From an uncultured delta proteobacterium (GTDB taxonomy: Bacteria > Myxococcota_A > Polyangia > Fen-1088): DNA of 64,000 bases. The stretch covers positions 32,001 to 96,000 of the forward strand of contig CAWCMR010000014.1 of the NCBI GenBank assembly GCA_963796685.1, in the 5' to 3' direction. The number at the start of each line of letters is the position of its first letter. The first letter of the stretch is position 1. A model generated the notes under the pieces. The model ran no database searches. It was not told where the DNA came from and saw only the letters and a list, made by a program, of their open reading frames with translations. A program made the translations under genes and the position numbers. Shown piece by piece: positions 12,020-21,966 of this stretch.

Positions 12020-13042
12020 ATGGGCGAATTCAATCTTGGTAGCCGTCGTCGCAAGGCTGTCCTTCGACAGGTGACGAGGGTTTTTCTTCCCCATGAAAGC
12101 ACGGTCGAGCTGACAGGGCTGGGGGCCGTGCTCCTGCGGCCGTCGCTGCTCGAGGACGGCACCGTGGAGCTCTCACGCATCCGCCCATCGTGCGAAGAGG
12201 CGCTGATCGCGTGTGTCGACACCTCGGCGTTGCTCCTGGTCGAGCATCCCTTTGCGCTCGACGCCGTGAACGCGCTCCTCGGCTGCGGGCAGGCCCCGGC
12301 GCCCCGGTCGCTTTCGCGCATCGAGCGTGGGCTCTTGCACGGCCTGCTCGCGACCTTGTGCACGCACCTCGGTCTTTCATCCAGCGTTCGGGTGGGTGCG
12401 CAAGATTGCCCGTTGCTGGTGTCGGACTCCGTCATCATCGAGATCGCGCTACGCATGGGCCAGTGTGCCGGGCGTGCCTGGGTGTTTGCAACGGACGAGT
12501 TTTTGGCCAACGTTCTGATCACGCAAGCGATGACCCCGGTGGGGTCGTCATCGGTGCTTCGCTTGGAGCTCGGCCGAACCCGCGTGCCGGTTGCGGGGCT
12601 GGCCGACGCGCGCGAGGGCGATGCGGTCGTGTTCGACGGCGTGGCCGCGCTGCCGGTGGAGGGTGCGTGGCCGATTCACCTCCGTCGTGGCGACAATGCG
12701 ACTCCGGCTTCCCTGCTTGCCGACGGCATCGTCGCCGTGGAGGATGCAGATGACCGAGACGATCGTACCGTGACCCGAGTCGAACGGCGAGCCACGCACC
12801 CTCACTCGCCGTTCAATCCAACCCTTGCGGACGCGGGCACGGAGATCGCTGCCGAGATTGCCTCCCTTGACGGTGGCACGCTGGGCGCGTTGCTCGGGGG
12901 CGCGCCACTCGACCGGGGCGGACGGAAGGGGCCGTGTCGGTCTGTCCTTTTGCGGCGGGCCGACGTGCCATGGGCCGAAGGCGAGCTCCTGACCGTCGAC
13001 GGCGAGCTCGCCGTGCGCATCACGCGGAAGCTGGCTGGCTGA
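12020..13042 (+). CDS. Diverged FliM/FliN (SctQ, SPOA)-like protein
   Basis: LSRIERGLL, LRLELGRTRVPVAGLADAREGDAVVFD and C-terminal AEGELLTVDGELAVRITR resemble SPOA domains. Confidence 0.55.
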   Translation: MGEFNLGSRRRKAVLRQVTRVFLPHESTVELTGLGAVLLRPSLLEDGTVELSRIRPSCEEALIACVDTSALLLVEHPFALDAVNALLGCGQAPAPRSLSRIERGLLHGLLATLCTHLGLSSSVRVGAQDCPLLVSDSVIIEIALRMGQCAGRAWVFATDEFLANVLITQAMTPVGSSSVLRLELGRTRVPVAGLADAREGDAVVFDGVAALPVEGAWPIHLRRGDNATPASLLADGIVAVEDADDRDDRTVTRVERRATHPHSPFNPTLADAGTEIAAEIASLDGGTLGALLGGAPLDRGGRKGPCRSVLLRRADVPWAEGELLTVDGELAVRITRKLAG

Positions 13043-14363
13043 GGCAGAGACCTTCGATGAGCGCCGCCGTCGCAGCCCAGTGCGGGGCCGCGCGCATGAG
13101 CCGATGTTGCAGGGGTCCCCAGACGTCCGGATTGCCACGCAGACCGGACGCGCGCAGGACCACCGACACTTGTTCATACGGGTCGTTGGCTTGGTAGAGT
13201 AGGCTGTTACCGGTCTGCGAGCCGACGTCGTAGTCGACCATATAGTCGGCGTAGGCCGCGCAATCGGGGACCAGCGGCAGGGTCGCGTAGCGCATGGCCG
13301 TGCCCGCGGTGCGCGCAAGGTGGTTGTCCTTGTCGGCCAACAGCAGCACGTCCGCCCCGGCCAGGATCTGGCGCTCGGCCGCGGGGCCGGTCTCGGGGTA
13401 GATGGCGATCTTGCCCGGTGTCTCGATGGCGATGCGCTTGATCTCGTCCACGAGCGCGCGCTCGCCGATTCCGGGTACCACGAAGGCGACATCGGAACGG
13501 ACCAGGTCGGAAATGGCGTCGATGAGCGCGCGACCGCCCTCGGCGATCGCCAATGGGGCCGTGGCGACCAACAGGGTGCGTCGGCCGAGGGCGAGCGATG
13601 TCCGTCGTGCGAGGGCTTTGCGACAGTCGGCCTTTCCAGCCGGCGCGTCGGCGGAGAACCTGGCGGCCAGGGCCGGATCGGTCGACGGGTCGCAGGGCGC
13701 CTCGTCGCAACCGAAGCGTACCGCCACCACCGGCTGATCCGAGGCCCGGAAGGAAAATTCGCGCGCGCTCTCGAAGCGGCGCGCCGAGGACGGGCTGGGG
13801 AAGAGCACCACGTCGGCGTCGATGGCACCGAGCCCCGCGAGGGATCCCTTGGCCATGGCCAAATCGGGAGCGTTGGGATCCAGGGCAGCGCGTTCGAGCG
13901 GCGACAAGGGGGGGCCCCAGGTGCCAGTCGGCAGAACGAAGACGCGCGAGGTGGCTTGGATCGCGGGTAGAACCGCGGCGGCGGCTTCTCCCCAGGCGAT
14001 GATGGCGTCGGGCTTGCAGATCTCATCGCGCAGAAGTGCCGAGGCGGCGTTGGCAAGGAAGGCCGCACCATGTCCACGGTCGATCGGCTCGGCGCCGAGC
14101 ACGTGCAGCGCACACTGGCTGATGGCAGACCGCCCCTCGAAGAGCGAGCACTCACGATCTCCGTCGGCCAGCCGGGCGAGCACGGTTCGCAGTCGGCGTG
14201 CCATGCCGGGTAGGCCGGCGGCCCGCTGCTCGCTGGCGAGGGTCAGCATGGTCACCTTGTGTTTCGCCGCTGAAAGCGCACGGCCGAGGGCCGCTGCGCA
14301 GGTGGCGGTTTCGCTCTCCGCAACCGGTGCGACCTCGTCACCGACTATGAGGATGTCGGCCAT
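13020..14363 (-). CDS. Glycogen/starch synthase-like (GT5) protein with degenerate catalytic motifs
   Basis: ILIVGDEVAP start, DPSTDPALAARFSADAPAGKADCRKAL, ILAGADVLL, AMRYATLPLV, DYDVGSQTGNS; lacks KTGGL and FEPCG. Confidence 0.75.
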   Translation of the reverse strand: MADILIVGDEVAPVAESETATCAAALGRALSAAKHKVTMLTLASEQRAAGLPGMARRLRTVLARLADGDRECSLFEGRSAISQCALHVLGAEPIDRGHGAAFLANAASALLRDEICKPDAIIAWGEAAAAVLPAIQATSRVFVLPTGTWGPPLSPLERAALDPNAPDLAMAKGSLAGLGAIDADVVLFPSPSSARRFESAREFSFRASDQPVVAVRFGCDEAPCDPSTDPALAARFSADAPAGKADCRKALARRTSLALGRRTLLVATAPLAIAEGGRALIDAISDLVRSDVAFVVPGIGERALVDEIKRIAIETPGKIAIYPETGPAAERQILAGADVLLLADKDNHLARTAGTAMRYATLPLVPDCAAYADYMVDYDVGSQTGNSLLYQANDPYEQVSVVLRASGLRGNPDVWGPLQHRLMRAAPHWAATAALIEGLCLSQPASA

Positions 14364-14456
14364 GTTACGTCCTGGTTAGTATCGTGCACGTGCAGCCATG
14401 ACGAGCCGCAGGGCTCCGGCGCAGCGTTGAAAAAGTGAACGGCAGACGGAAAGGTC

Positions 14457-14660
14457 CTATTCCGTGGCTCCGCGCTCGTCGTCTTCACCCGGGAATTCGT
14501 TCACGGACGGGTACTTCATGATCTCTTTGCGGGAGATCTTCCACGCCTTCTGCACGATCCACGAAAGTGAACGGTCTTGACGCGTAGCCTCTTCCTGGAT
14601 TTCCTTCAGCATTTCCTCTGGAAAGTAGAGACTTTGTTTCCTCTTGTCAGAACCGGCCAT
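14457..14660 (-). CDS. Small myxobacterial RHH-like protein (TIGR04563-type)
   Basis: SDKRKQSLYFPEEMLKEIQEEATRQDRSLSWIVQKAWK; GAGGGG RBS. Confidence 0.85.
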   Translation of the reverse strand: MAGSDKRKQSLYFPEEMLKEIQEEATRQDRSLSWIVQKAWKISRKEIMKYPSVNEFPGEDDERGATE

Positions 14661-14829
14661 GAAACACCCCTCTTGTGGATGGACTCCCCATGTATTGACT
14701 TTTCGGCATTTAGGCAGTTATCGGCTAACCTGTCAAGGCGTGGCACTTTCGAGCCTGGATTGCACTTGTTGTTGCAAACGGACGCTAGACTAGGCAAATA
14801 CACAAAGCTATTCTGAAACAAGGGGATAC
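14661..14829. promoter_or_regulatory. Divergent promoter region between the RHH-like gene and the dksA-like gene
   Basis: AT-richer 170 bp with TTGACT (+) and TTGACA (- strand, tgtcaa) hexamers and a TTGCA-N8-TGCAA inverted repeat at about 14761-14778. Confidence 0.4.
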
Positions 14830-15207
14830 ATGGAAGGGACCGGTCTGAAGAAGAAAGACCTGAAACGGTTCCGCGACATCCTTCTGACACGGAAGAAGGA
14901 CATTCTGCGGAACGCGCAACGCACCTTGAGCGAGGACATGACGCTCGAATCCGATGATTTGCCAGACGAAATGGATCTGGCATCCTCGGAATACCTGCAG
15001 TCATTCACGTTCAGGTTGCGCGGTCGCGAAAAGACGTTTCTGCAGAAGATCGACCACGCGCTCGAGAAGATCGAGGAAGGCACCTTCGGACTGTGCGAGC
15101 AGTGCGGAGAGCTCATTTCTCTCAAGCGGCTGGAGGCTCGACTCGAAACCACGCTCTGCATCCGCTGCAAGGAGGACCAGGAGCGCATCGAGAAGGCCTA
15201 CGGGTAA
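14830..15207 (+). CDS. dksA: DksA/TraR family C4 zinc-finger protein
   Basis: Coiled-coil tip PDEMDLAS (DxxDxA) and CEQC-x17-CIRC. Confidence 0.9.
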   Translation: MEGTGLKKKDLKRFRDILLTRKKDILRNAQRTLSEDMTLESDDLPDEMDLASSEYLQSFTFRLRGREKTFLQKIDHALEKIEEGTFGLCEQCGELISLKRLEARLETTLCIRCKEDQERIEKAYG

Positions 15208-15210
15208 AGG

Positions 15211-16111
15211 GTGCCGGACGTCCGACTGGCCGTCCGCGATCCTCCCGCGTGTCCTTTCCATGTGAGAGCGGGAATCGGACTGCGCCTTGCCGGCGCCGTT
15301 CTGGCCGTCACCGCGCTGTCGGGTTGCCTTGGGGTCTTTGCCGACCAGGGCGCGAGCACCTCGCTCGGCTCACACAGCAAGGGTGCGCTTTTGCACGGCG
15401 TGGCCATGCCTTTCGAAGGGGACGGATACGAGGATGCACCCGGACTGGCGCTCGCGCAACCATCGCTTCACCACCGCGGCGGTCGCGCGTTGGCTGACCG
15501 AGGTATTTATGGAGGTGAACCGGACCCTCCCCGGCAGCACCGCCTACCTCGGGGATCTGTCGAGCAGAAACGGTGGCGGCACGGCGATGCACCGATCGCA
15601 TGCCAGCGGGCGGGACATCGACATCTTCTACTTCGCCAGCGACGGCGATGGGAGGTCGCTTCACGGGCTGCCCGCGATGTTGCACTTCGCGAGCGATGGG
15701 CGAGCCTCACGCTGGTCGGTGTGCAAACCAGGCCGTGTCGTCAAGGTGCCGGTGCCGGACGCCCGCTTCGACGTTCGGCGAAACTGGGCCTTGGTGCGTG
15801 CCATGCTGGACAATCCGGTGGTCGAAGTGCAGTGGATCTTCATTCACCGCAACCTGGCGGGTCTCCTGCTCGATGAGGCCGAGCGCGAGGGGACGCCTGC
15901 CGCGACGGTGAACAAGGCACGCGCCATCCTTCACCAGCCCACGGATTCGCAGCCTCACGACGACCACATGCACGTGCGCGTGTTCTGCGATCCGACGGAC
16001 CGCGGGCTCGGTTGCGTCGACAAGGGGCCGAAGCGCTGGCTCAAGAAGCACTGGAAGTACATGCTGCCGTCTGACCGAGAGCCTGCCTTCCAGGCAATTT
16101 CCGGATTCTAA
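15211..16111 (+). CDS. Penicillin-insensitive murein endopeptidase (MepA-like LAS family), frameshifted near 15433
   Basis: First frame gives lipobox LSGC and SLGSHSKGALLHG; second frame gives GDLS..GG, HRSHASGRDIDI and HDDHMHVR; one extra G joins them. Confidence 0.8.
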
Positions 16112-16112
16112 A

Positions 16113-16217
16113 CACAGAGGACACAGAGAACACAGAGATGGAAGAGAAATGAAGGGTTCGGAGCGAGATCCGGAAAACCCTTCATTCACCGGGCCTCTGC
16201 GTCGGCTGTGTTCTCTG
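16113..16217. repeat. CACAGAG nonamer-repeat hairpin element
   Basis: cacagaggacacagagaacacagag, inner stem atgaagggtt...aacccttcat, complementary arm ctctgcg...ctgtgttctctg. Confidence 0.55.
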
Positions 16218-16227
16218 ACCTGAAACC

Positions 16228-16360
16228 GCCTCGCCCCGCTCAGCGGAGCGTAGCGCGCGAGGGCGCGGCGGAGCCGCGGGGGCAGGGGTAGGGCGAGCAG
16301 GTCCCGAAGCGCTCACGGGGCGGAGAGGTCGCCGAGCGCAGCGAGCGAGGAGGGTGAGGC
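16228..16360. repeat. GC-rich element with short terminal inverted repeats
   Basis: gcctcgccc at the left end versus gggtgaggc at the right end (8/9 complementary). Confidence 0.3.
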
Positions 16361-16464
16361 TTGTGCATGCTCTGCACGGCAGCCTCGGGCAGCGCCAGGG
16401 TCCGCACCGTGGCGCGCACACATGGGCCTGCGCACATGGGCGAGATCCGGGCTGCTTGTCCTAC

Positions 16465-16534
16465 CTGAACAAAGTAGTAGTTGTTTCATCTATTGAATAT
16501 ACGCTACCGAGTAGAATACAGTGAATACACGAAA
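16465..16534 (+). promoter_or_regulatory. AT-rich promoter with GAATA(C/T)A direct repeats
   Basis: GAATATA at 16495, GAATACA at 16514 and 16523, directly before the MerR-like ATG. Confidence 0.45.
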
Positions 16535-17134
16535 ATGGAGAAGCGCCAGACCCAGTCCGCCAGCGAGACCCCGGTTTCGAGAAACCGGGCGGTCGGGCTT
16601 CTCGTCGAGGAAGAGCTGAGCGAGATCGAGCGCCAGTGGCCCGACGGCCTGACCTCACGTCAGATCGTGGATCTCTTCACTGCGAGAGGGTTTCGCTTCT
16701 CCGAGGCCACCTTGCGCAAGTACGTGCAGCTCGGTCTCCTGCCGCGCTCGGTGCGCGTCGGGCGCAAGGGCAAGCACCGCGGCTCGTGCGGGATGTATCC
16801 CGCCGAGGTCGTCCGCCGCGTGAATCAGGTGCGCTCGATGATGGCCGAGGACCTGACCATCGAGGACATCCAGCGCTCCTTCGCCCGCTTCAAGGATGAG
16901 ATCGACCAAGTCGAAAAGGGAGTGCGCGAGCTGATCGCGGGGTTCGAGCGCGAGGCCAAGGGCCCGACGCTCACCCCGGATCGGCGGGCAACCATCGAGT
17001 CCGAGATCGTCGCGGCCAAGCAAGCCGCTGGCGAGCTGATTCGGCGAATCACGGGAGTCGAAGCGAGTCTTTCTGCCCGCGCCGGTGCGTCGGTTGCGGG
17101 CACTGCCGTCGGGAGCGGCAGCGATCTGTTCTGA
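16535..17134 (+). CDS. MerR-like winged-HTH transcriptional regulator
   Basis: FSEATLRKYVQLGLLPRSVRVG...YPAEVVRRVNQVRSMM...LTIEDI followed by a coiled coil. Confidence 0.8.
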   Translation: MEKRQTQSASETPVSRNRAVGLLVEEELSEIERQWPDGLTSRQIVDLFTARGFRFSEATLRKYVQLGLLPRSVRVGRKGKHRGSCGMYPAEVVRRVNQVRSMMAEDLTIEDIQRSFARFKDEIDQVEKGVRELIAGFEREAKGPTLTPDRRATIESEIVAAKQAAGELIRRITGVEASLSARAGASVAGTAVGSGSDLF

Positions 17135-17170
17135 CGCGGGCCCCGACCACCGCGTCCAAGGAAGAAAACC

Positions 17171-17707
17171 ATGGCCGAAGATAGATTGGTTAGTCAAGTC
17201 GAGGAGGATGAGGCCGTAGGACCAGCGGAAGAATTGCCGCAGCCCGAGGTGGCCAAGATCCGATTGAAGGTTCGTCCGTCGCGCGACGGACGATTCCGGT
17301 CCAAGACCATCGCACCCAAGCGCTTGACCCGCGACGAGAAGCGCCTGGCGATGTCCCTGGTCTATCCGGAGGACATCGAGCGACCCAAGTCGCGTGCGGA
17401 TTGCCAGAGCATGCAGCGTCCCTGTCCGTTCGTGAGCTGCGAGCACCACCTGTACTTGGACGTGAATCCGCAGAGTGGAGCCATCAAGCTGAACTTCCCC
17501 CACCTCGAGGTGTGGCAGATGGCCGAGACCTGCGCGCTGGACGTCGCCGACCGTGGCGGGATCACCCTCGAGGAGGTGGGCGCCATTCTGAACCTGACCC
17601 GCGAGCGAATTCGCCAGGTCGAGGTTCGCGGGCTGACCAAAATTCGCGTCACGAACGGCGAGGATCTGGGGGCGAGTCCGCCCTTCAAATCACCGACGAG
17701 ATCCTAG
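17171..17707 (+). CDS. Cys/His-rich domain + sigma70 region-4 HTH protein
   Basis: DC-x6-CPFVSCEHH...TCALD then [24 protein letters not shown] (sigma region 4.2 signature). Confidence 0.85.
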   Translation: MAEDRLVSQVEEDEAVGPAEELPQPEVAKIRLKVRPSRDGRFRSKTIAPKRLTRDEKRLAMSLVYPEDIERPKSRADCQSMQRPCPFVSCEHHLYLDVNPQSGAIKLNFPHLEVWQMAETCALDVADRGGITLEEVGAILNLTRERIRQVEVRGLTKIRVTNGEDLGASPPFKSPTRS

Positions 17708-17789
17708 CCCTGCCTTGTACGACTTCAGGCGTGATTCCGCTGGTACGGTGGCCAGCGGCGGGTCAGGATTGTCACCCTGAGGTTGTTTC

Positions 17790-19248
17790 GTGAAAGACGA
17801 ATTGCCCGCTGACCCCGCCTCCCTATTTCCCGCCACGCCGCTGGATACCATCGACGCCCGCATTGCGGAGCGGCTGCTGAGCGTCGCGCTGGCCTCGGGC
17901 GGAGAACACGCGGATCTCTACTTCGAGTACCGATCCTCGAGCGACTTTGCTTTCGAGGAAGGTCGCGTTCGCACGGTCGGCCGGGCCATCGTGCTCGGCT
18001 TGGGCGTGCGGGTCGTGCGCGGAGTTGCTTCCGGCTATGCCTACACCGAGGAGCTCTCCGAGCCGCGCATGATGGATGCCGCCCGCACGGCGGGACGAGA
18101 TCGCGTCCCGGGGCGGCTCGCCCGTCCCGGTCGCGTTGGCGGCGAAGGTTTTGCCCAGCTTCTATCCCGTGCGCGAGCTCTCGCTGTCTCGGACCGGGGA
18201 AGAGAAGGTCGCCCTGCTTCGCCGGCTGGACGCCGCTGCGCGGGCCTACGATCCACGCATCGTTCGCGTCGAGGCCGGTTTCGCGGAAGGCTGGTCCGAT
18301 GTGCTCGTGGTCAGCTCCGACGGAACCATGGCGCGCGACCGGCAGCCCATGGTGCGTCTCGGCGTCAACGCCATGGCGGAGGACAAGGGCAAGCGCCAGT
18401 CCGGGCGCTCGGGCACGGCCAAACGCCGCGGGCTCGATCTGTTCTCCGAACCGGGCTCGACGCCCGAGGATCACGGTCGCGAGGCAGCTCGCTTGGCGGT
18501 CGCCATGTTGCACGCCCAAGAGGCGCCGGCCGGGCCCATGGAGGTCGTGCTGGCCGCCGGCGAATCGGGCATCTTGTTGCACGAAGCGGTCGGGCATGGG
18601 CTGGAGGCGGATTTCAACCGCAAGAAGACCAGCAATTACTCGGGCCAGATGGGCAAGCAGGTGGCGTCGCACCTGTGTACCGTGGTCGACGACGCCACCA
18701 TCGCGGGCGCGCGCGGCTCGATCAACGTGGACGACGAGGGCACGAGCGGCGGGCGCAACGTGCTCATCGAAAACGGCATCCTGGTGGGCTACATGCAGGA
18801 TCGCATCTCGGCTCGCCACTTCGGCACCAAGCCGACCGGCAATGGTCGCCGCGAAAGTTTCCGCCAGCCTCCCATGCCGCGCATGACCAACACGCTCCTG
18901 CTCGCCGGCAACGACGATCCCCAGGACATCATCGGTTCGGTCGCTCGTGGCGTGTACGCCAAGCGCTTCTCCGGCGGGCAGGTGAACATCTCGAATGGCG
19001 ACTTCGTCTTCTCTCTGACCGAAAGCTACCTCATCGAGGACGGCAAGCTGACCGCCCCTCTGCGCGGCGTGAACCTCATCGGCAACGGTCCCGAGGTCCT
19101 GCGCAACGTGACCATGGTTGGGCACGATTTTCTGCTCTCCGACGGGACTTGGACCTGCGGCAAGGACGGCCAGTCAGTGCCCGTCGGCATCGGCACGCCG
19201 ACCGTCAAGATCGCGCGCATCACCGTGGGAGGCACCAAGGCGGCATGA
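17790..19248 (+). CDS. tldD: TldD metalloprotease subunit, frameshifted near 18092
   Basis: N-terminal ADLYFEY...GLGVRVVRG...GYAYTE; second frame LLHEAVGHGLEADFNRK, GNGRRESF, PRMTNT, TCGKDGQSVPVGIGTPT. Confidence 0.9.
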
Positions 19249-20627
19249 GCGCGGAACAGGGAAAACGCAAGATCGCCAACGAGAAAGTCTGCCAGGAGCT
19301 GGCCGAGCAGATGCTCAGTCTCGCGTTGTCCGCGGGCGCGGACGGTGCCGAGGTGCTGGTGCGTGACGGGGCCGAGCTGGAGGTCAAGCTGCGCATGGGC
19401 GAGCCGGAGCTCGTCAAGGAAGCAGGTAGCCGCGGACTTGGCTTGCGCGTGCTCAAGGAGGCCCGGGCCGCGGTCACCTACACATCCGATTTCGACGCGC
19501 AGGCCATGAAGAGCTTCGCCGAGGAGTCCGTGGCGCTGTGCCGCCTTTCCGAGCCCGAACCGCTGGCCGCGCTACCGGATCGCGAAGAGATGGCTCGGGC
19601 GATTCCCGATCTCGATTTGTGGGACGAGTCGGTGCTGTCCATCGACGTGGCCGAGGCCATGCGTTGGGCCAAGACGGGCGAGCAGGCCGCGCTCGACTTC
19701 GATCCGCGCGTGGTGAATTCCGAGGGCTCGATTTTCGGCCGGGGCGTGGGCGCGGTCGCCTTTGCGACGTCGGCGGGATTTTCCGCCGCCTACCGGGGCA
19801 GCAATGTCTCGTTCGTCGTCGAGCCGGTGTGCGACGACCGCGAGGGCAAGAAGCGCAACGGCTACCACTACACGTCGAATCGTTTCGTGTCCGGGTTGCA
19901 GGCTGCCGAGGAAGTGGGCATCGAGGCCGCGCGCAGGACCGTGGCCAAGCTGGGGTCGCGCAAAGTGGCGACGTGCCAGGTGCCGGCCGTGTTCTCGCCC
20001 GAGGCCGGCCGTTCGCTGCTCGGGCAGTTCGCGGGTTTGATTTCCGGCGGCGCGGTCTGGCGCAAGAACAGCTACCTCGCCGAGCGCGAGGGCACGGCGG
20101 TCGCGTCGCCGCTGGTCAGCATCGTCGACGATCCTCTGTTGCCGCGGGCGCCGGGGTCGCGACCCTTCGACAGCGAGGGACTGGCGGTGCGGCCCAACGT
20201 GGTCGTCTCCGACGGCGTGCTACGCACCTTCCTGTGCGACGTCTATTCGGCGCGCAAGCTGGGGCGCAAGTCCACCGCCTCCGCCGGGCGCGGGCTGGGT
20301 GGCGGGCCGCACGTGGCGACCTCGAATTTCATCCTTCGGCCGGGCAAGACCAGCGCCAAGGATGCCGCCAATGTGGCGCAGGGACTGTACGTCACCGCTC
20401 TCATGGGATTTGGATTCAACCCGGTGACCGGGGATTTTTCTCAGGGCGCCGCCGGTTTCTGGATCGAAAACGGCGAGCAAGCCTTTCCCGTCAGCGAGGT
20501 CACCATCTCGGCCAACTTCGACGATTTGTGGAAGGGTATCGACGCGGTCGCGGACGACCTCGACACGCGCTCGTCGGTGCAGTGCCCGACCTTCCGGGTG
20601 GCCAAAGTGACCGTGGCAGGGACGTAG
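19245..20627 (+). CDS. pmbA: TldE/PmbA subunit
   Basis: ATGA overlap with tldD; GADGAEV, SRPFDSEG, NPVTGDFSQGAAGFWIENGE, PVSEVTISAN; no HExxH. Confidence 0.9.
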   Translation: MSAEQGKRKIANEKVCQELAEQMLSLALSAGADGAEVLVRDGAELEVKLRMGEPELVKEAGSRGLGLRVLKEARAAVTYTSDFDAQAMKSFAEESVALCRLSEPEPLAALPDREEMARAIPDLDLWDESVLSIDVAEAMRWAKTGEQAALDFDPRVVNSEGSIFGRGVGAVAFATSAGFSAAYRGSNVSFVVEPVCDDREGKKRNGYHYTSNRFVSGLQAAEEVGIEAARRTVAKLGSRKVATCQVPAVFSPEAGRSLLGQFAGLISGGAVWRKNSYLAEREGTAVASPLVSIVDDPLLPRAPGSRPFDSEGLAVRPNVVVSDGVLRTFLCDVYSARKLGRKSTASAGRGLGGGPHVATSNFILRPGKTSAKDAANVAQGLYVTALMGFGFNPVTGDFSQGAAGFWIENGEQAFPVSEVTISANFDDLWKGIDAVADDLDTRSSVQCPTFRVAKVTVAGT

Positions 20628-20675
20628 CAGGGGAGAGCATAAAGTCTCGCCTCGGCGAATCCCAGCCGGCCGGAT

Positions 20676-21854
20676 GTGGCTCCAATCCACATCATGAGCA
20701 GCTTCAGCTTGCCAGCCGTGTTGCTGGCCGGGTTTCTGACCTTTCTCTCGCCTTGCGTGCTGCCCCTGGTTCCCATCTACCTGGCCACGCTGGCGGGAAC
20801 CTCCGCGACCGCGTTGCGCGAGGGCTCGCGCGGCAAGGGGCTGTTCGCGGCCACGCTGGCCTTTGCCCTCGGGCTTTCCGTCGTCTTCGTCATGCTGGGT
20901 CTGGCAGCGTCGGCAGTCGGCCGCACCCTGTCGGGCCATCGCGCCCTCGTTCTTCAGTTGTCCGGCCTCGCCATCTTCCTCGCCGGGCTCAAGCTCATGG
21001 GCTTCCTGCATATCCCCGGCCTCGATCGCGAGGCGCGTCCCTGGCTCAGCTCGGTTCGGCGTGGCGGCGGCCTTTTGTGGCCGTTCCTCTTTGGTGGCGC
21101 CTTTGCGCTCGGCTGGAGCCCCTGCGTGGGCCCGGTGCTCGGCGCGGTGCTGGCCTTCGCCGGCTCGACCGGCAGCCCGGCCAAGGGAGCGCTCTACCTG
21201 GCCACCTATGCAGCGGGACTCACCCTGCCCTTGATCGCCATATCGCTGATGGCGCCGTTCGCTTTGCGCCTGCTCGACCGGGCCAAGCGACACCTGCGCG
21301 GATTCGAGCTCGCCAGCGGAACCCTGCTGGCGGCGATGGGCCTGCTCTTCATCACGGGCCACGAGGCGGTGCTCATGGGCCACGCGGGCGCGGCGGTAGC
21401 TGCCCCGGCCGCGTCGCCCGTCGCCGCGGCGACGCCAACCGGCCCCGCCACCTGCAGCGCCGGCGTGGTGCAGGGCTCGCCGGAAACGGCCATCGTCTCG
21501 ACTTCAACGGCCGAAGCCCTCGACGGACCGACCATGCTGGAGTTCGTGGCCGCGGGATGCCCGATCTGCCAGCGCATGCACCCGGTCGTCGCCGCGGCCG
21601 AGCACGATTGCGCTCGGCACGGCATCCGCTTCCGCCAGATCGACGTGTCTGCGCCTGGCGGGCGCGCGGCCGCCGCCGAACGGGGCGTGCTGGGTGTGCC
21701 CACCTTCCTGTTCCTCGACAGCGCCCACAACGAGGTCGCGCGCCTGGTGGGCCAGCAACCCCAGGAGGTGCTCATCCAATCCCTCGAGGTCCTGGCCGGC
21801 CAGAAGTGCGATGGCTTCCGCCCGATCGGTGGCGTGCCCGCCTCGGGATCTTAG
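20676..21854 (+). CDS. CcdA/DsbD-beta membrane domain fused to thioredoxin
   Basis: FLSPCVLPLVP and GWSPCVGPVL; C-terminal CPIC thioredoxin fold with GVPT. Confidence 0.9.
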   Translation: MAPIHIMSSFSLPAVLLAGFLTFLSPCVLPLVPIYLATLAGTSATALREGSRGKGLFAATLAFALGLSVVFVMLGLAASAVGRTLSGHRALVLQLSGLAIFLAGLKLMGFLHIPGLDREARPWLSSVRRGGGLLWPFLFGGAFALGWSPCVGPVLGAVLAFAGSTGSPAKGALYLATYAAGLTLPLIAISLMAPFALRLLDRAKRHLRGFELASGTLLAAMGLLFITGHEAVLMGHAGAAVAAPAASPVAAATPTGPATCSAGVVQGSPETAIVSTSTAEALDGPTMLEFVAAGCPICQRMHPVVAAAEHDCARHGIRFRQIDVSAPGGRAAAAERGVLGVPTFLFLDSAHNEVARLVGQQPQEVLIQSLEVLAGQKCDGFRPIGGVPASGS

Positions 21855-21920
21855 GTTCCTTTTCCGACCAGCCTGGCCTGGTCGCACCGTGAGCGTGGCC
21901 GCGGCCTGCGCGTCCAGAAT

Positions 21921-21966
<46 letters not shown>

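Noticed and set aside
17790-20627. 945-aa ORF that looks like a TldD-TldE fusion
   Set aside because: The middle ~380 codons are off-frame Arg/Gly-rich text; a +1 indel near 18092 makes the tldD N-terminus run into the pmbA frame
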